From NCBI GenBank assembly GCA_964016885.1, contig CAXHJY010000684.1, positions 1 to 64,000 of the forward strand: a stretch of DNA of 64,000 nucleotides, written 5' to 3'. Under the pieces are notes generated by a model that did no database searches, was not told where the DNA came from, and saw only the letters and a list, made by a program, of their open reading frames with translations. The position numbers were made by a program, and so were the translations under genes. Of the stretch, positions 45,476-59,649 are shown one piece after another (the first letter of the stretch is position 1; every line of letters begins with the position of its first letter). The DNA comes from Eledone cirrhosa (Eukaryota).

Positions 45476-47249
45476 ACATTTCTATCTTTGCTGCTACTGC
45501 TGCAATCCATGTTTTATTCCTATCAACAATATCATTAACACAACCACCAACACTACTATTATATATCACCACCACCACCACCACCATCACCACCACCATC
45601 ACCATCACCACCATCTCCATGACCACCACCATGTCTATGACCAACAGTACCGAAGCTGTTTCTAAATCGTGTCTTCATCTGTCAAAAATCCCTGCAAAAT
45701 GTCTCTCTATTCTCACTATACTTTCTTTTAAAAATATAGAAACCACAAGAACACATATGATAATATACCCCTAGATACATTATTTTAAAATGTGAAGAGT
45801 TGATCACAGTTGAAAATAAATCTTTAATCAAATCTCTGCTGAATCAAATCTAACCTAGGGCTAAAATAACAACAACTATTGCATTTTAAATGTATAGAAT
45901 AAAGTAATGTAAAAATCATTCCTCTCAGAAACACACTAAAAGAAATAATTCTAGAGGACTTGAACTCTACACTTGATAACCAGCACCTCTGTCACTGATC
46001 TAATCGGTCATTCACCTCTTTATAGAATCTCTAAACATATTTACGCGTACTATTAAATAATTGGGTCAAAATATCCATGATAATATGATATAAACCAAGT
46101 TATTAAGTTAATATTTTCAATACATCATTTGGCTATGATATAACCTGAGATAGAGAGGGGGGGGGGGGAGTAGGGAGATAGAAAGAGGGAAACCGAGAAC
46201 AAGAGAGGGACAGGGATGTAGAGAAACTATAAAAGAAGAACGTTTCTTACAATCAATATACGTTTATTTTACGGATATGACGTAAAGATAACCGGATATG
46301 ACATTTTAAAGTAATTTGCAAAATATAATTACATCGCGTGTGTTGCTAATAATATTTTCATTGACCCATTCAGCTTCATTCATCAAATTGTTGCTTTCAT
46401 TTTTGTCTGTCTGGCTGTCTAGATTTTCCCTTTCTTTTTCCTTCCTTTTTTTCTTTTTTTTTCCTCTTCTCTTTCGCTCTCATCCTTTTTTTCATTCTTT
46501 GTTTCCTTCTTTCTTCCCCACTTTCCTTTTGTAATTTGACGAAGCATCTATTGCTTTCAGATTTAGTGGTTTTAATGATTTGATTTCTTTCGCCTTCAGT
46601 GTGAGATCGTAGATCAAATACACTTCGCCAACATATTGATTGGAAATCTTTATTTCTTATTTTAAATACGCTATATTTTCTAGCGTTGTATAAAGTAATG
46701 ATATGATGTAAATTTATATATGTTTCGATTCGTTTCTTTCAATTAGTTAATTGCAGTTGTGGCAATTTACTTATTTGTTAATGATGATTGAAGTCTCGAT
46801 TTCATATCTAAAATTATAGACATATTCATAATACAAGTAGATATTTATAGAATCTACATAAAGTTGTTTCTCTCTATATAGAGAGAAATCTAGTAATATA
46901 TAAATATCGGGATAAATATATGAATTTATTCTTAACTAAAAACGAAATATTGTTTTCATAGTTATAACTCTAAAAGAGAGTGATCTTAATATCAACGTGG
47001 TTCGGATTCAGTTATATTTGGCGTAGCTAGAAACAAAGTCATGTTAAATGATGATTCACATCCAGAATAAAAATCCCGGTCGTTTACATCTGGCAAATAT
47101 ATGTAAATTTATGTACAAAGTTTTTAAATATATTCACTGTAGAACATTTTATGACATAATATACCGGACGTAACTGAATATATGATATAAGGATTCGAAC
47201 ATGTGTACAATTTATGTAAATATCTTTGACCTTTATTGATTCCAACAGC

Positions 47250-47615
47250 GAGTGTTCCAGTTGATACAATCAACGGAACAAACTGTTCTAAAATTAACAG
47301 GCAAGTGGCTGAGCATTCAGCAGAGATATATACCCTTTGCATAACAATTATAACGCATTTTTGCAATTTGTTGACTAGAGCAATGTGAAATTTTGCAAAC
47401 CGCTTTCACGTTGCTACCCTCCACTCGACTGGCAAAAAAAAAATGAGTTTTATCTGTAAATCGAAGGGCCAGCACTGTCATATTCTGTGTGACGCTGAAT
47501 CTCCCTGAAAACTACGTTATGACTACACCTGTCTGTGGAATGCTCAGCCATTGGCACGTTAATTTCACGAGTAGGATGCTCCTTTGATTAGATCAACAGG
47601 AACACTCGTCATCGT
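47250..47615. mobile_element. Two SINE family 3 fragments in opposite orientation
   Basis: GAGTGTTCC.GTTGAT..AATCAA.GGA...AAATTAAC..GC.A.TGGCTGAGCATTC at 47250 and its reverse complement at ~47535-47610. Confidence 0.65.
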
Positions 47616-47699
47616 TATAGAGGGTATAGTACACACGTATCATTTAAGATAAAACTTATACAAAAGTATCTTTTTTATCTATACGTCAGCAGAAAGGTT

Positions 47700-47930
47700 A
47701 TTTTTGAGGTTTCACACCTTGTTTGCTCTCTGTTAGGTATGCTTATTGTCAGAATGTTTGAAGGTCATTTCTTGATTCAAGAAAGGGTTTTGAAACGACT
47801 CTCTGACATAAGTCCAGACTTCTCTTATGTGATTCTGGTTTGCGGAGGTCAATTCTGCTTCATATATTACCGATGGAATGTTGCACTGTTGGTCAAGGGG
47901 TCATTCTTCTGGTCTTTTGCACGAGGATCC
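47700..47930 (-). pseudogene. Penelope-like element GIY-YIG endonuclease relic
   Basis: Minus-strand translation SCKRPEE*PLDQQCNIPSVIYEAEL...GLMSESRFKT...NQEMTFKH...SK.V*NLK follows the Penelope pattern C-x-CPLxGxC-x-VIYxA...G...FKxR..NH..SF...LSK.xW.LK with stops and frameshifts. Confidence 0.7.
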
Positions 47931-48130
47931 GGAAAGTGGAAGGTTCTTGCGTCTATTGGTGATGTTTATTGGGATTTAATGGTGTTAGTACTTGAATACA
48001 CTACTTTCACTGTGTTAGTGTTAAAATTGTGAATCTAAAAGTGCTAGGAATTTATGTATATATATGTGTGTGTGTGTGCGTGTGTGTGTGTGTATGTGTG
48101 TGTGTGAGTGTCTGTGTATGTATCTCTCTT

Positions 48131-48229
<99 letters not shown>

Positions 48230-48266
48230 TATAAAATTCCGTTATAACGGAATTTCACTATATATA

Positions 48267-48441
48267 TAGTGAAATTCCATTATGACGAAATTCATGGGGT
48301 ATAAAACAAAGTCGTTGTAACGAAACATTCTGTATAATGAGCTCGCCCTAATATATCGAGCTTGCGACTGGGTACTGACAAAAATTTCGTTATACTGAAA
48401 AATACGTTATAATGGTAGTCGTTATAACGGAATTTTACCTG
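48267..48441. mobile_element. Tigger/pogo-like MITE
   Basis: TIRs TAGTGAAATTCCATTATGACG and CGTTATAACGGAATTTTACCTG, TA flanks, internal CGTTATA-like subrepeats; an extra TIR palindrome lies at 48230-48262. Confidence 0.7.
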
Positions 48442-48462
48442 TATGGATATATATATATATAT

Positions 48463-48520
<58 letters not shown>

Positions 48521-48524
<4 letters not shown>

Positions 48525-48836
48525 CAATCACAGGGGATAATTTTTACAAGTGTGTAAGCACACACAGCTAGGTAGGTAACTAACTAAAGTTAACTAGAAC
48601 TTCAAAAATAGATACCTTATAATATGATTGTGTGTGCTTACACACTTGTAAAAATTATCCCCTGTGATTGTTTCATATGTTTATTTATATGTTAATCAAT
48701 TTCTAGTTGTTATAAAATGCTCGGACCTATTCATTAGAATCTTGGAGCTTATTTGACGGGTCATATGGTGCATGCCTTGTGGCATGACACCCATAATTTT
48801 GATTTAGATTAAATTATTTTTGATTTACCTTAATTT

Positions 48837-48838
<2 letters not shown>
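48521..48838 (+). mobile_element. TA-embedded fold-back element family B, copy 2
   Basis: Inverted segment 48521-48629 joined to direct segment 48630-48838; same 3' end as 8000. Confidence 0.85.
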
Positions 48839-48886
<48 letters not shown>

Positions 48887-49092
48887 TAGAGAGATGCGAG
48901 AGGGAAGCGAAGTGACATATAGACATTTTTAATATAGAGCCATATTCAGTCACAGCCAAGAATCCTTATAATTATCCTCTCTTATATAAAAAGGCGGGCA
49001 GTCTTCACTCTACATTCCGATTGCTTATGATAGCAAAATCACTTCCTCTCCAGTATATCAGCCGCAGCACTGGCCTTACGTTATTATATACA

Positions 49093-49195
<103 letters not shown>

Positions 49196-49270
49196 TATAT
49201 TTATATATATATATCTATATAGGTAAGTTACATCCTAAAGTATGATACAGTTCTAGTCCTATAGAATCTC

Positions 49271-49301
<31 letters not shown>

Positions 49302-49515
49302 TTCGTTTCTGAATTTGTTTAGCAAGATTCTTTATCTGAAAAAGTGTGTTGAAACCGATATTGTTATACTTTGGGTGGGTCATGTTGCCAATGAGAAACA
49401 CACGCACCAGTTGCTTTCACTTCAATTTATTATAATAAATTTATAAATTTAGGAATTTATAAATTTCCGGTTGGTTGGTTGGTTGGTTCCACAACCAGAT
49501 GGTTGTTTATATATT

Positions 49516-49558
49516 GTCAAAGTTCTTTCGTCACACATTCTGTGACCTCTTCAGTGAC
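49516..49558 (-). ncRNA. Minimal type I hammerhead ribozyme motif
   Basis: Reverse complement GTCA-CTGAAGA-G-GTCACA-GAATG-TGTGAC-GAAA-GAAC-T-T-TGAC: stem I GTCA:TGAC, 6-bp stem II, canonical core, CUU triplet. Confidence 0.75.
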
Positions 49559-49627
49559 TGGCGATTCTTTTCTTTGTTTTTTGTGCCTCTCCTTTGTTCT
49601 GTCCTACGCCATCTTGTTTTATATATA

Positions 49628-49931
49628 TGTAATCTGAGATTTTTGAATATTAATAATAACATTCGATTCGTTTGCATTTATGCAAACAAGCCTCAATTTG
49701 ATAGCCATGTCAGTAGAATGAACCCTTCATTCTTGCTCTTGTGTTGGCATGTGAACATATATATATATATATATATATATAATTCACACATATATATATA
49801 TGTTCACATGCCAACACAAGAGCAAGAATGAAGGGTTCATTCAACTGACATGGCTATCAAATTGAGGCTTGTTTGCATAAATGCAAACGAATCGAATGTT
49901 ATTATTAATATTTGAAAAACTCAGATTACAT
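49628..49931. repeat. Fold-back inverted repeat family F with a TA-rich loop
   Basis: 49628-49758 and 49800-49931 are near-perfect reverse complements. Confidence 0.88.
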
Positions 49932-49952
49932 TTATATATATATATATATATA

Positions 49953-50087
<135 letters not shown>

Positions 50088-50126
50088 CATCAAACTTCCA
50101 ACCTCCTCTTTCTCTTAACTTTACTC

Positions 50127-50162
50127 TTTCCTGATGAAGGAATAACGACCAAAACGTTGAAA
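50127..50162 (+). ncRNA. Minimal hammerhead motif with G12A lesion in a TA-flanked cassette (~50088-50190)
   Basis: TTTC-CTGATGA-A-GG-AATAACGA-CC-AAAA-CGT-T-GAAA: stem I TTTC:GAAA, palindrome AACGTT, GAAA changed to AAAA at a CpG. Confidence 0.6.
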
Positions 50163-50622
50163 CATACCTTTTATTTTTCATCTTGAAACATATATATATT
50201 TGTGTGAGGAAATAGTGTGTATTCGGGGGAGGATATCCATGTGTGTATACATATGCATATACTATAATTAATTATATGTTTATATGCACATCTTTTTCTA
50301 AGATCGTGTATGTTAAGAGATCTGAAAAATCACTTGGAGCATATTGTCTGTATTGTATATAATAACGTAAGGCCAGTGCTGCGGCTCATATACTGGAGAG
50401 GAAGTGATTTTGCTATCATAAGCAATCGGAATGTAGGCGTGTAGGCTGCCCGCCTTTCTATATAAGAGAGGATAATTATAAGGATTCTCGGCTGTGACTG
50501 CATATGGCTTTATATTGAAAATGTCTATATGTCACTTCGCTTCCCTCTCGCATCTCTCCTCCTCTCTTTCTCTCGCTCTCTCTTGCTCTCTCTCTCTCTC
50601 ACTCTTTATCCCTCTCTCTCTT

Positions 50623-50653
<31 letters not shown>

Positions 50654-51107
50654 ATATGTCTACTTAATACACAAACTCAGCTGACTATATTAACACACAT
50701 ATGTCGTATGGAGAACACATTTTCAACTGGAATCACACGTAGTATCACGTAGTAGCATGTATGTATGTATGTATGTATGTATGTATGTATGTATGTATGT
50801 ATGTATGTATGTATGTATGTATGTATGTATGTACGTTATACGTATGTATGCGGGCATGAATGTATGTATGTATGTATATGTTTGTATATATATATATATA
50901 CACACACGTATATATGTATACATATATATATATACGATAAACATTGACAGGACCCAAACAGTGGAATACATTTTAATGTTGAGTGTATTTAGAAACATTT
51001 AAAATAAATTTGTATTTTCATATCCATGAATGCGTGTATGTGTGTGAGTACGCGCGCGTGCATGTGTGTGTGTGTGTGTGTAGAAATTTAAGTGTATGTT
51101 TTGAAAT

Positions 51108-51145
<38 letters not shown>

Positions 51146-51445
51146 TGTGTGGATCAGTTTGTAAATGTCTGCCTAATCTCGCATCCATCAATACACGCCC
51201 ACACATACAAAACTGTATACACCGAACCGCTCGTACGTAAAACCCGTGTGCGTGGAAACATACATATCTGAACACTCACACACGCTCGCATACATACACA
51301 CATACACACGCACACGCATACACTCACACAGATTTAAGCACACACATACATAAGCACAGACTGAGGGGCACGTGCGCCTGTTATCATGTTGATGAGGAAA
51401 ATTGGTGTAGTAAAGGAAATTATATGTCGCCTATACTTATGCGTA

Positions 51446-51483
<38 letters not shown>

Positions 51484-51620
51484 CGCGCGTATACATACAA
51501 ACATACATAGAGACGGACAGACGGAGAGCCATTCATACACATTTCTTGAGAGCAATCTCTCATGTTGATACATAAATACATTCAGACATAAACACACGCA
51601 CACACTCATACGCATAAGCG

Positions 51621-51718
<98 letters not shown>

Positions 51719-51751
51719 TAGATAGATATACATTACACTTTCCACATGTTA

Positions 51752-51791
<40 letters not shown>

Positions 51792-51895
51792 ATCGTAATG
51801 TATATATATATATAATATATATTTAATATAGATGTGTGGGCAGTCAGCCAGTGATTATGTGAGTAAAATAAAGAATTCTGGAAGATAAGAATGAG

Positions 51896-51988
<93 letters not shown>

Positions 51989-52013
51989 TGTGTTTTAAGT
52001 GTGTGATTCTGTA

Positions 52014-52044
<31 letters not shown>

Positions 52045-52398
52045 GGGAGAGGAAAAGAGAGACCAAGGTGTGTATATAAGATGATACGGTGTTGAGGACG
52101 GTGGTGGTGTTGGTGGTGTTGGAGGTGGAGGTGGGAGGGCGTGTGGGAATAAAAATGATTTCAGGTTTCCGCGCCCCCTCGAGGCGATTCACTTCCAATG
52201 ATATCTCTCGCCTCCGCTTTTGTCGTGTGTCTGGTTTGATCGTTGGCAGATGGATCTTTTGATGGCAAGGCGACAGCCATCACGGCAGCCAACACAAACA
52301 ATTATTCTGAAAGTGTCTCCCTTTCGCCTAACGGGCGACTTGAAATGACATCTTTTACAGTCAACACACGCACTCTGACACAGACACACGCACACACA

Positions 52399-52536
<138 letters not shown>

Positions 52537-52617
52537 CAGACACACACACACACACATACACACAGGCATACACAACGGCAGCAGTCTGTCGTCGATCATT
52601 TTACTACTACTGCTGCT

Positions 52618-52659
<42 letters not shown>

Positions 52660-52700
52660 AGACCACGACGGCCGCCACGGCCGCCACGACCACCACCACA

Positions 52701-52784
<84 letters not shown>

Positions 52785-53374
52785 CCTGCTACTGCTGCTC
52801 CTGCTACTACTACTAGCGAGCGATTGAATACGTTCTATGACATTATGCGCACACGCGCGGGCATGTGTGTATGTGTGTGTGCTGTAATACGAGTGTGTCA
52901 GTATCTATGTGTCTTTGAGTGATTGTATATGTATGCGTTGCGTACTCGGAGGAGCATTACGTGGTGTGTGAAATTACGTGTGCGCGCGTGTGTGTGTCTG
53001 TGTGTGTGTGTTTATGTATATGAGCATCTATGTATGTGGATATATATCGTATATGTGCATATGTGTGTGCCCTGTTAGCGCATGTGTACGTCTGTTGTTT
53101 GTGAACTGGTGTCAGATTAAAGAAGAAAGGGATGTATTAAAAGGTATTGCAAGGTGAGAAAAAAAAAAAATGGAGTGGAGTGATGATGGTGATGGTGGGG
53201 AAGGGGATGGGCGCAGAGAATGTGAGAGATAGAGAGAGAGATTGAGAGAGAGAGAGAGAGAATGGGGGAAGAGAGGGGGTTGAGAGAGAGAATGGAAACA
53301 AAGAAAAGAACATCATCAATAACAACAGTAACTTGAAGAAGAAGGAGGAGGAGGAGGAGGAGGAGGTGGAAGTG

Positions 53375-53443
<69 letters not shown>

Positions 53444-53719
53444 AAGACGAAGAAGAAGAAGAAGAAGAAATGAAACAGAAAGTTAAAGTGAAAGAAGAAG
53501 AAAGGGTGGGGGGGATGGGGTGAGAGAGAGACTAAAACAAGACAGGCAGAGGCGGAGAGAAAGTGAGTAAGAAAGAGAAAGACAAAGAAAGAGAGAGGGA
53601 GGAGGGAGAGCGAAACGGAGAGAGGCAAGTAGGGGTGGGGAAATAGATAAAGGGGTATAAAAGGGCTTTGGTGACAAAACAGGAAGTGGAATAAACAGGA
53701 AGAACAGAAGAAAGAGAGT

Positions 53720-54280
53720 TTGGTGGTGGTGGTGGTGGTGTTGTTGTAGTGGTGGTGGTGTTGCTGTAGTGGTGGTGGTGGTAGTGGTGCTGGTAGTGGT
53801 GCTGGTGGTGATGGTGATGGCGGTGTTGCTGTAGTGGTGAGGGTGGTTGCGAGGGTGGTGGTGTGTGAAGGTGGTAGTGGTGATGGCGGTGGTGATGGTG
53901 ATAGTGGTGGTAGTGGTGAAGGTGGTGATGGTGATAGTGGTGTTGCTGTAGTGGTAGTGGTGGTGGTAGTGGTGGTGGTAGTGGTGATGGTGGTGATGGT
54001 GATGGTGGTGTTGCTGTAGTGGTAGTGGTGGTGGTGGTGTTGGTGGTGGTGGTAGTGGTGATGGTGGTGATGGTGATGGTGGTGTTGCTGTAGTGGTAGT
54101 GGTGGTGGTGGTGGTGGTGGTGGTGGTAGTGGTGATGGTGGTGATGGTGATCGTGGTGATGCTGTAGTGGTAGTGGTGGTGGTGGTGGTGGTGGTGGTGG
54201 TGGTAGTGGTGATGGTGGTGATGGTGATCGTGGTGATGCTGTAGTGGTGGTGGTAGTGGTGGTGGTAGTGGTGATGTTGG
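53720..54280. repeat. (TGG/TAG/TGA) array with ~70-78 bp higher-order unit
   Basis: Unit punctuated by TG(T/A)TGCTGTAGTGG, repeated about five times from 53941. Confidence 0.8.
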
Positions 54281-54432
54281 TGGGGTGGGGGGTGGGGGTG
54301 AATGGGAGAAAGAAAGGGAAAGTGAATGAGGGATTGAAAAGAGGTTAAAGAATTGAAAGGGAGTAATGAATAAGTAGGGGTGAGTGTGAGAATGTAGGGA
54401 TCTGCAATGTAATGGCAATTGAAGAAACTAGA

Positions 54433-54489
<57 letters not shown>

Positions 54490-54546
54490 CATGGGTGGCG
54501 CTGATGCTGGTGTTGGTGTGTGTGTATGTGTTTGTATATGTATGTG

Positions 54547-54577
<31 letters not shown>

Positions 54578-54705
54578 CTATATATATATATATATGTATG
54601 GGTATGTGTGTGTGTGTACGTATGTGTATGTGTGTATGTGTACGTATATACATATACATATATATATATGTATATACATATACATATATATATATGTATA
54701 TACAA

Positions 54706-54788
<83 letters not shown>

Positions 54789-54791
54789 CAA

Positions 54792-54850
<59 letters not shown>

Positions 54851-54853
54851 CAA

Positions 54854-54894
<41 letters not shown>

Positions 54895-54966
54895 AATATG
54901 ATAATAATGGAGCTGCGGCGTTGCAAATATATATATATATATATATACATGGGTGAGTGTATTCGC

Positions 54967-55096
<130 letters not shown>

Positions 55097-55226
55097 ACAC
55101 AGAACACCAGCATCGGCACCACACATGAAATATATCACTCACACACATGCACCCAACACCCACACACATATATGTGTGTGTGTGTGTTTGCGTTTGCTGT
55201 ATATGTGTGTATCTGAATATATATAA

Positions 55227-55270
<44 letters not shown>

Positions 55271-55275
<5 letters not shown>

Positions 55276-55463
55276 AACAAGTAAGACCCCGACGGCTGAG
55301 CTCAAGCCGTTTCGACGGCTAACTCTGTACAGAATTAGCCGTCGAAACGGCTTCATCTCAGCCGTCGGGGTCTTACTTGTTCCTATTACCCACTCTACTA
55401 CCCTAAGTATTGAGTACTTTGGTGCGTTATGGTCCACCTGGTTCCTTACCACATATCCTTCGT
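55271..55463 (+). mobile_element. Family J cassette with 116-bp palindrome, in (TA)n
   Basis: 55271-55386 is self-complementary about GT|AC (55328/55329) with three mismatches; tail matches 50-125. Confidence 0.88.
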
Positions 55464-55496
<33 letters not shown>

Positions 55497-55784
55497 TGTG
55501 TGTGTATATGCGTATACATAATGTATGATGAAGGTTGAGGGTTCGTATTTCACCACCGTGACAGACAGAGAAAGCGGTGTGTTAACTATCTCACAGCAGT
55601 TCTTTTGTTGTCATTTATATTTTTGTTTTTTCGGAAATGGCGATTATCTTCGGAGCATTAACTATCATTGTTGTGGTGTTATACGTGACAATAAAGATGG
55701 CGGTGTGACTGGTGGAAGAACGGGGAGGAGTAGGAGGAAGGTAACGGTGATAGAAATGAAAATGGTGGTGGTAGGAATTGGGTA

Positions 55785-56530
<746 letters not shown>

Positions 56531-56606
56531 GATGGCGATGATGGTGACAATAGACACGTTAGTCATAGTGATGGTGATATGGTTGAGGCTAGTGTAGGCT
56601 GCTTCA

Positions 56607-56751
56607 TTTCCAGCATAGTTACGTCCCTTTACGGTCTGAGTTCAAATCCTGCCGAGGTTAACTTTGCCTTTCATCCTTACGGGGTCGATAAAATAAAGTA
56701 CCAGTAATGTACTGGATAATTGCTGGCCTTGTGCCTAAAGTAGAAACAATT
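56607..56751 (+). mobile_element. SINE family 1, 5'-truncated
   Basis: Body from TTCCAGCATAGTTACG to GTAGAAACAATT. Confidence 0.9.
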
Positions 56752-56827
56752 ATTATAGCTCGTCGTATGTTGGTTGTAGTGGTGTCAGTAATAACAGATG
56801 TTATAGTAGTAGTAGTAGTAGTAGAAA

Positions 56828-56898
<71 letters not shown>

Positions 56899-57156
56899 AT
56901 AGTAGTAGTAGTTGTTTTGTAGTAATAATTTTAAGATGCACTGATGATAGTACAGTGTAGTAGTGAAGGTGTAGTGGTTATAGTGCAGGTTTGAAAGCCT
57001 TGGCATGTGTAAAAGTAAAAGTAGGTAAATAATACTGTGTGTTATCTTACGAGGACGAAGATAAAAATAGTTATTGTTGTTTAGTCCCAGGTCAACCCAC
57101 GTGAATGACGATGACAAAAGGCGTTTCAGCCAAGAGTATTCCGACATCTTACGTGA

Positions 57157-57221
<65 letters not shown>

Positions 57222-57226
57222 CATCT

Positions 57227-58176
57227 AAAATGGGCGACTGGCACAACGAATGTGCTCAGACGCTTACAGTCTTCTGGCAAACGGACTCGGCGATCAGTGG
57301 AGACTCCACCTCGTCATTCTATAGAGGGTTGGTCCGCAGCAAGTGCGACGACGCGCTCGGAGGAACTCTCGGCGTAGAGGAGGACGAACTGGCCAGTCTG
57401 TTCGGTAGGTCCTTCCGCCTGGGACTGATGGACAACTTCCAAAAGTCCCTGGCCTGGAGCTCTACCAGTTCGAGACAAGCTCTACAGACACGGGCGCCCG
57501 GGTAGGGACCCTTCGAAAAAGATCTGTCCGAGATGCGTGCGCGACGAGGAAACCGTCGCGCACGCATTTGTACACTGCCCGGGCGTTTCCGACCTGTGGG
57601 GCTATGTAGAACGACTATTGTCGCGGGAGGGACCAATCTAGTTGACCACCGAGTCCATTGTCATGATCAAACCGCCACCCTCCTTTAAAAACGAAGGAGA
57701 GGCGGTTTTCCTATGTGTTATGGCTATGGTGAAAGAGGTTATATGGTGGACGAGGTTAAAAGGGCTGAGGTCAGACACCTTTCTCTCCGGCGAACAACTG
57801 ATTCGTTTTTTCAAATATCATTTTGGAAGAAGAATCAGGATGGAGAGAGACGCGCTGTACCCCAGCAAATTTGATAAAAGGTGGGTGAATGTTGCAAAGA
57901 TGGCCCGAATGGTTGGGCCTTCTCTCTATATAAGCCTGTAGGCTGAGTAAAAAGAGGAAGAGAAGAAGGAAGTACTCACTCTTGGTGCTCCTGGAGTTGA
58001 GGGTTGTACATTTTTTCGGGGTGTGTACAACCCCTGTGTAACGCCTCCCCCCCCTATTGGGGATTTCAATTGTTATTTGTTATTTTATTAATAGTTTTAT
58101 TTTCATATACCTGTATGTAAACTCCCCATTTGTATTTGTCCCCTTCTTTTGTGCCCTTGTGACTAATAAAGAAATT
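57227..58176 (+). mobile_element. 5'-truncated Tx1/L1-clade LINE 3' end in (TATC)n
   Basis: Translation SLAW/GALPVRDKLYRHG...CPRCVRDEETVAHAFVHCP..LW (C-x2-C-x8-H-x4-C zf-RVT knuckle), KEVIWWTR, ...FDKRW; AATAAA at 58165; (TATC)n on both sides; one frameshift and one stop. Confidence 0.85.
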
Positions 58177-58486
58177 TATCTAACTATCTACATATCTATC
58201 TACCTATCTAGACTAGTTGACTATTCGTCCGTCTGTCTCTCTATCTTTCTATTTATCTATCAAACAGTCTATTTGTCTTTCCGTCGGTCTGATTGTCAGT
58301 GTATCTACCTGCTTCACTATTCTTCTATATATCTATGTATCTATCTATAGATCGATCTGTATATCTATCAAATAATGCGATCACACTCTACACAACAGTA
58401 TTGAATCCTCATTCAGTTAATATTTTTTAAATACAATGCCATTTTAAAACCATTCTGATCTCTCCTTCTCACGCTCACAGAGAGAG

Positions 58487-58559
<73 letters not shown>

Positions 58560-59649
58560 TATATTTCACTTTATCTTTATCACTAGTTATTGGTTAGTTC
58601 GTCAATGTTCTTTTGTCACACATGCTGTGACATTCTCAATTACTATCTCTTCTCTGCCGTCCTTATCTTCTTTCTTGTCGTAATCTGTTACTCCATCTTG
58701 TATTGTCTTATGGTACATTTTGTTTGTGATTCGCGTATGTGTTTGCACTGGTGCCTTTTTCTGTGTGTGTGTGTCTTTGTGTTTGTCATGTCTATGTGGG
58801 TTTTATGGGGGGGGGGGTATATTTCACTGTTTATCTCTTTTTTCTCACTATTCTGTCTTCAGTCATTAAGTTACGGGCTGTTACTATTCCACTCGTGTTT
58901 TCTGTTCAGGCTCGGACTATCTTCTATTATGTATGCGGCCTCCGTAATATGTGTGAATGTGTGTCAGTTCTATGTGTGGACAGTAACTTTATTTCTCTAT
59001 TATCTATTGAGACCTTGTGTTTCAGTTTGGTGTGTTGTTATAACACTGATGAGCTTTTCTCGCCAGTGTTCCTTTAATCTCCCCCCTGTTATGTTTCTCC
59101 TATGTATATCCTTGTCTCGTTTCTGCACCATCCCTCTGTACATCTTAATCTATAGATTACATTTCTAGTGTTGTAGTTTAGCTGCCAAAAACACCAGAGT
59201 GTCATATTCTTCGATGTTCCCCCTACTAGCGCATCGTTTTAGAAGAGCATTAGACAAAATGAACCCAAGGATTAATTTTGTAGAAAAAGTAGGAGCTCCC
59301 ATAAAATCCCAGATCAGTAGGATATACCTTTTTTAAGAAAACCCCTTGTACGGATAGAAACTGTATATTCTGTGAGGTACCCCTGCAGCTAAACTTGAAA
59401 ACTAGAAATGTAATACAAATCATTTCATAGCAAATTGCTGATTAGCAAAAAATGTAAATTTTGATATTCAATTTAAAAATAAAACACAACTGTAACTTGT
59501 TTATTTTTTATTTAACCTCTTTTTTTAGAAAATTTCTTCCGATTTCTATGTTTTAGGCATTGAAGATTGCGACTCGGCAAAATATAAAGCTAAGATTCAA
59601 CTTTATGAATTCCTCCATCCATGTAGTATGTTTGTTCTAATTTACTTTG

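Noticed and set aside
53137-54711. 524-aa ORF and the other long ORFs (1013-1921, 42017-42826, 43341-44453, 55679-56566)
   Set aside because: Open only because they run through stop-free microsatellites; products are homopolymer or dipeptide runs with no domain
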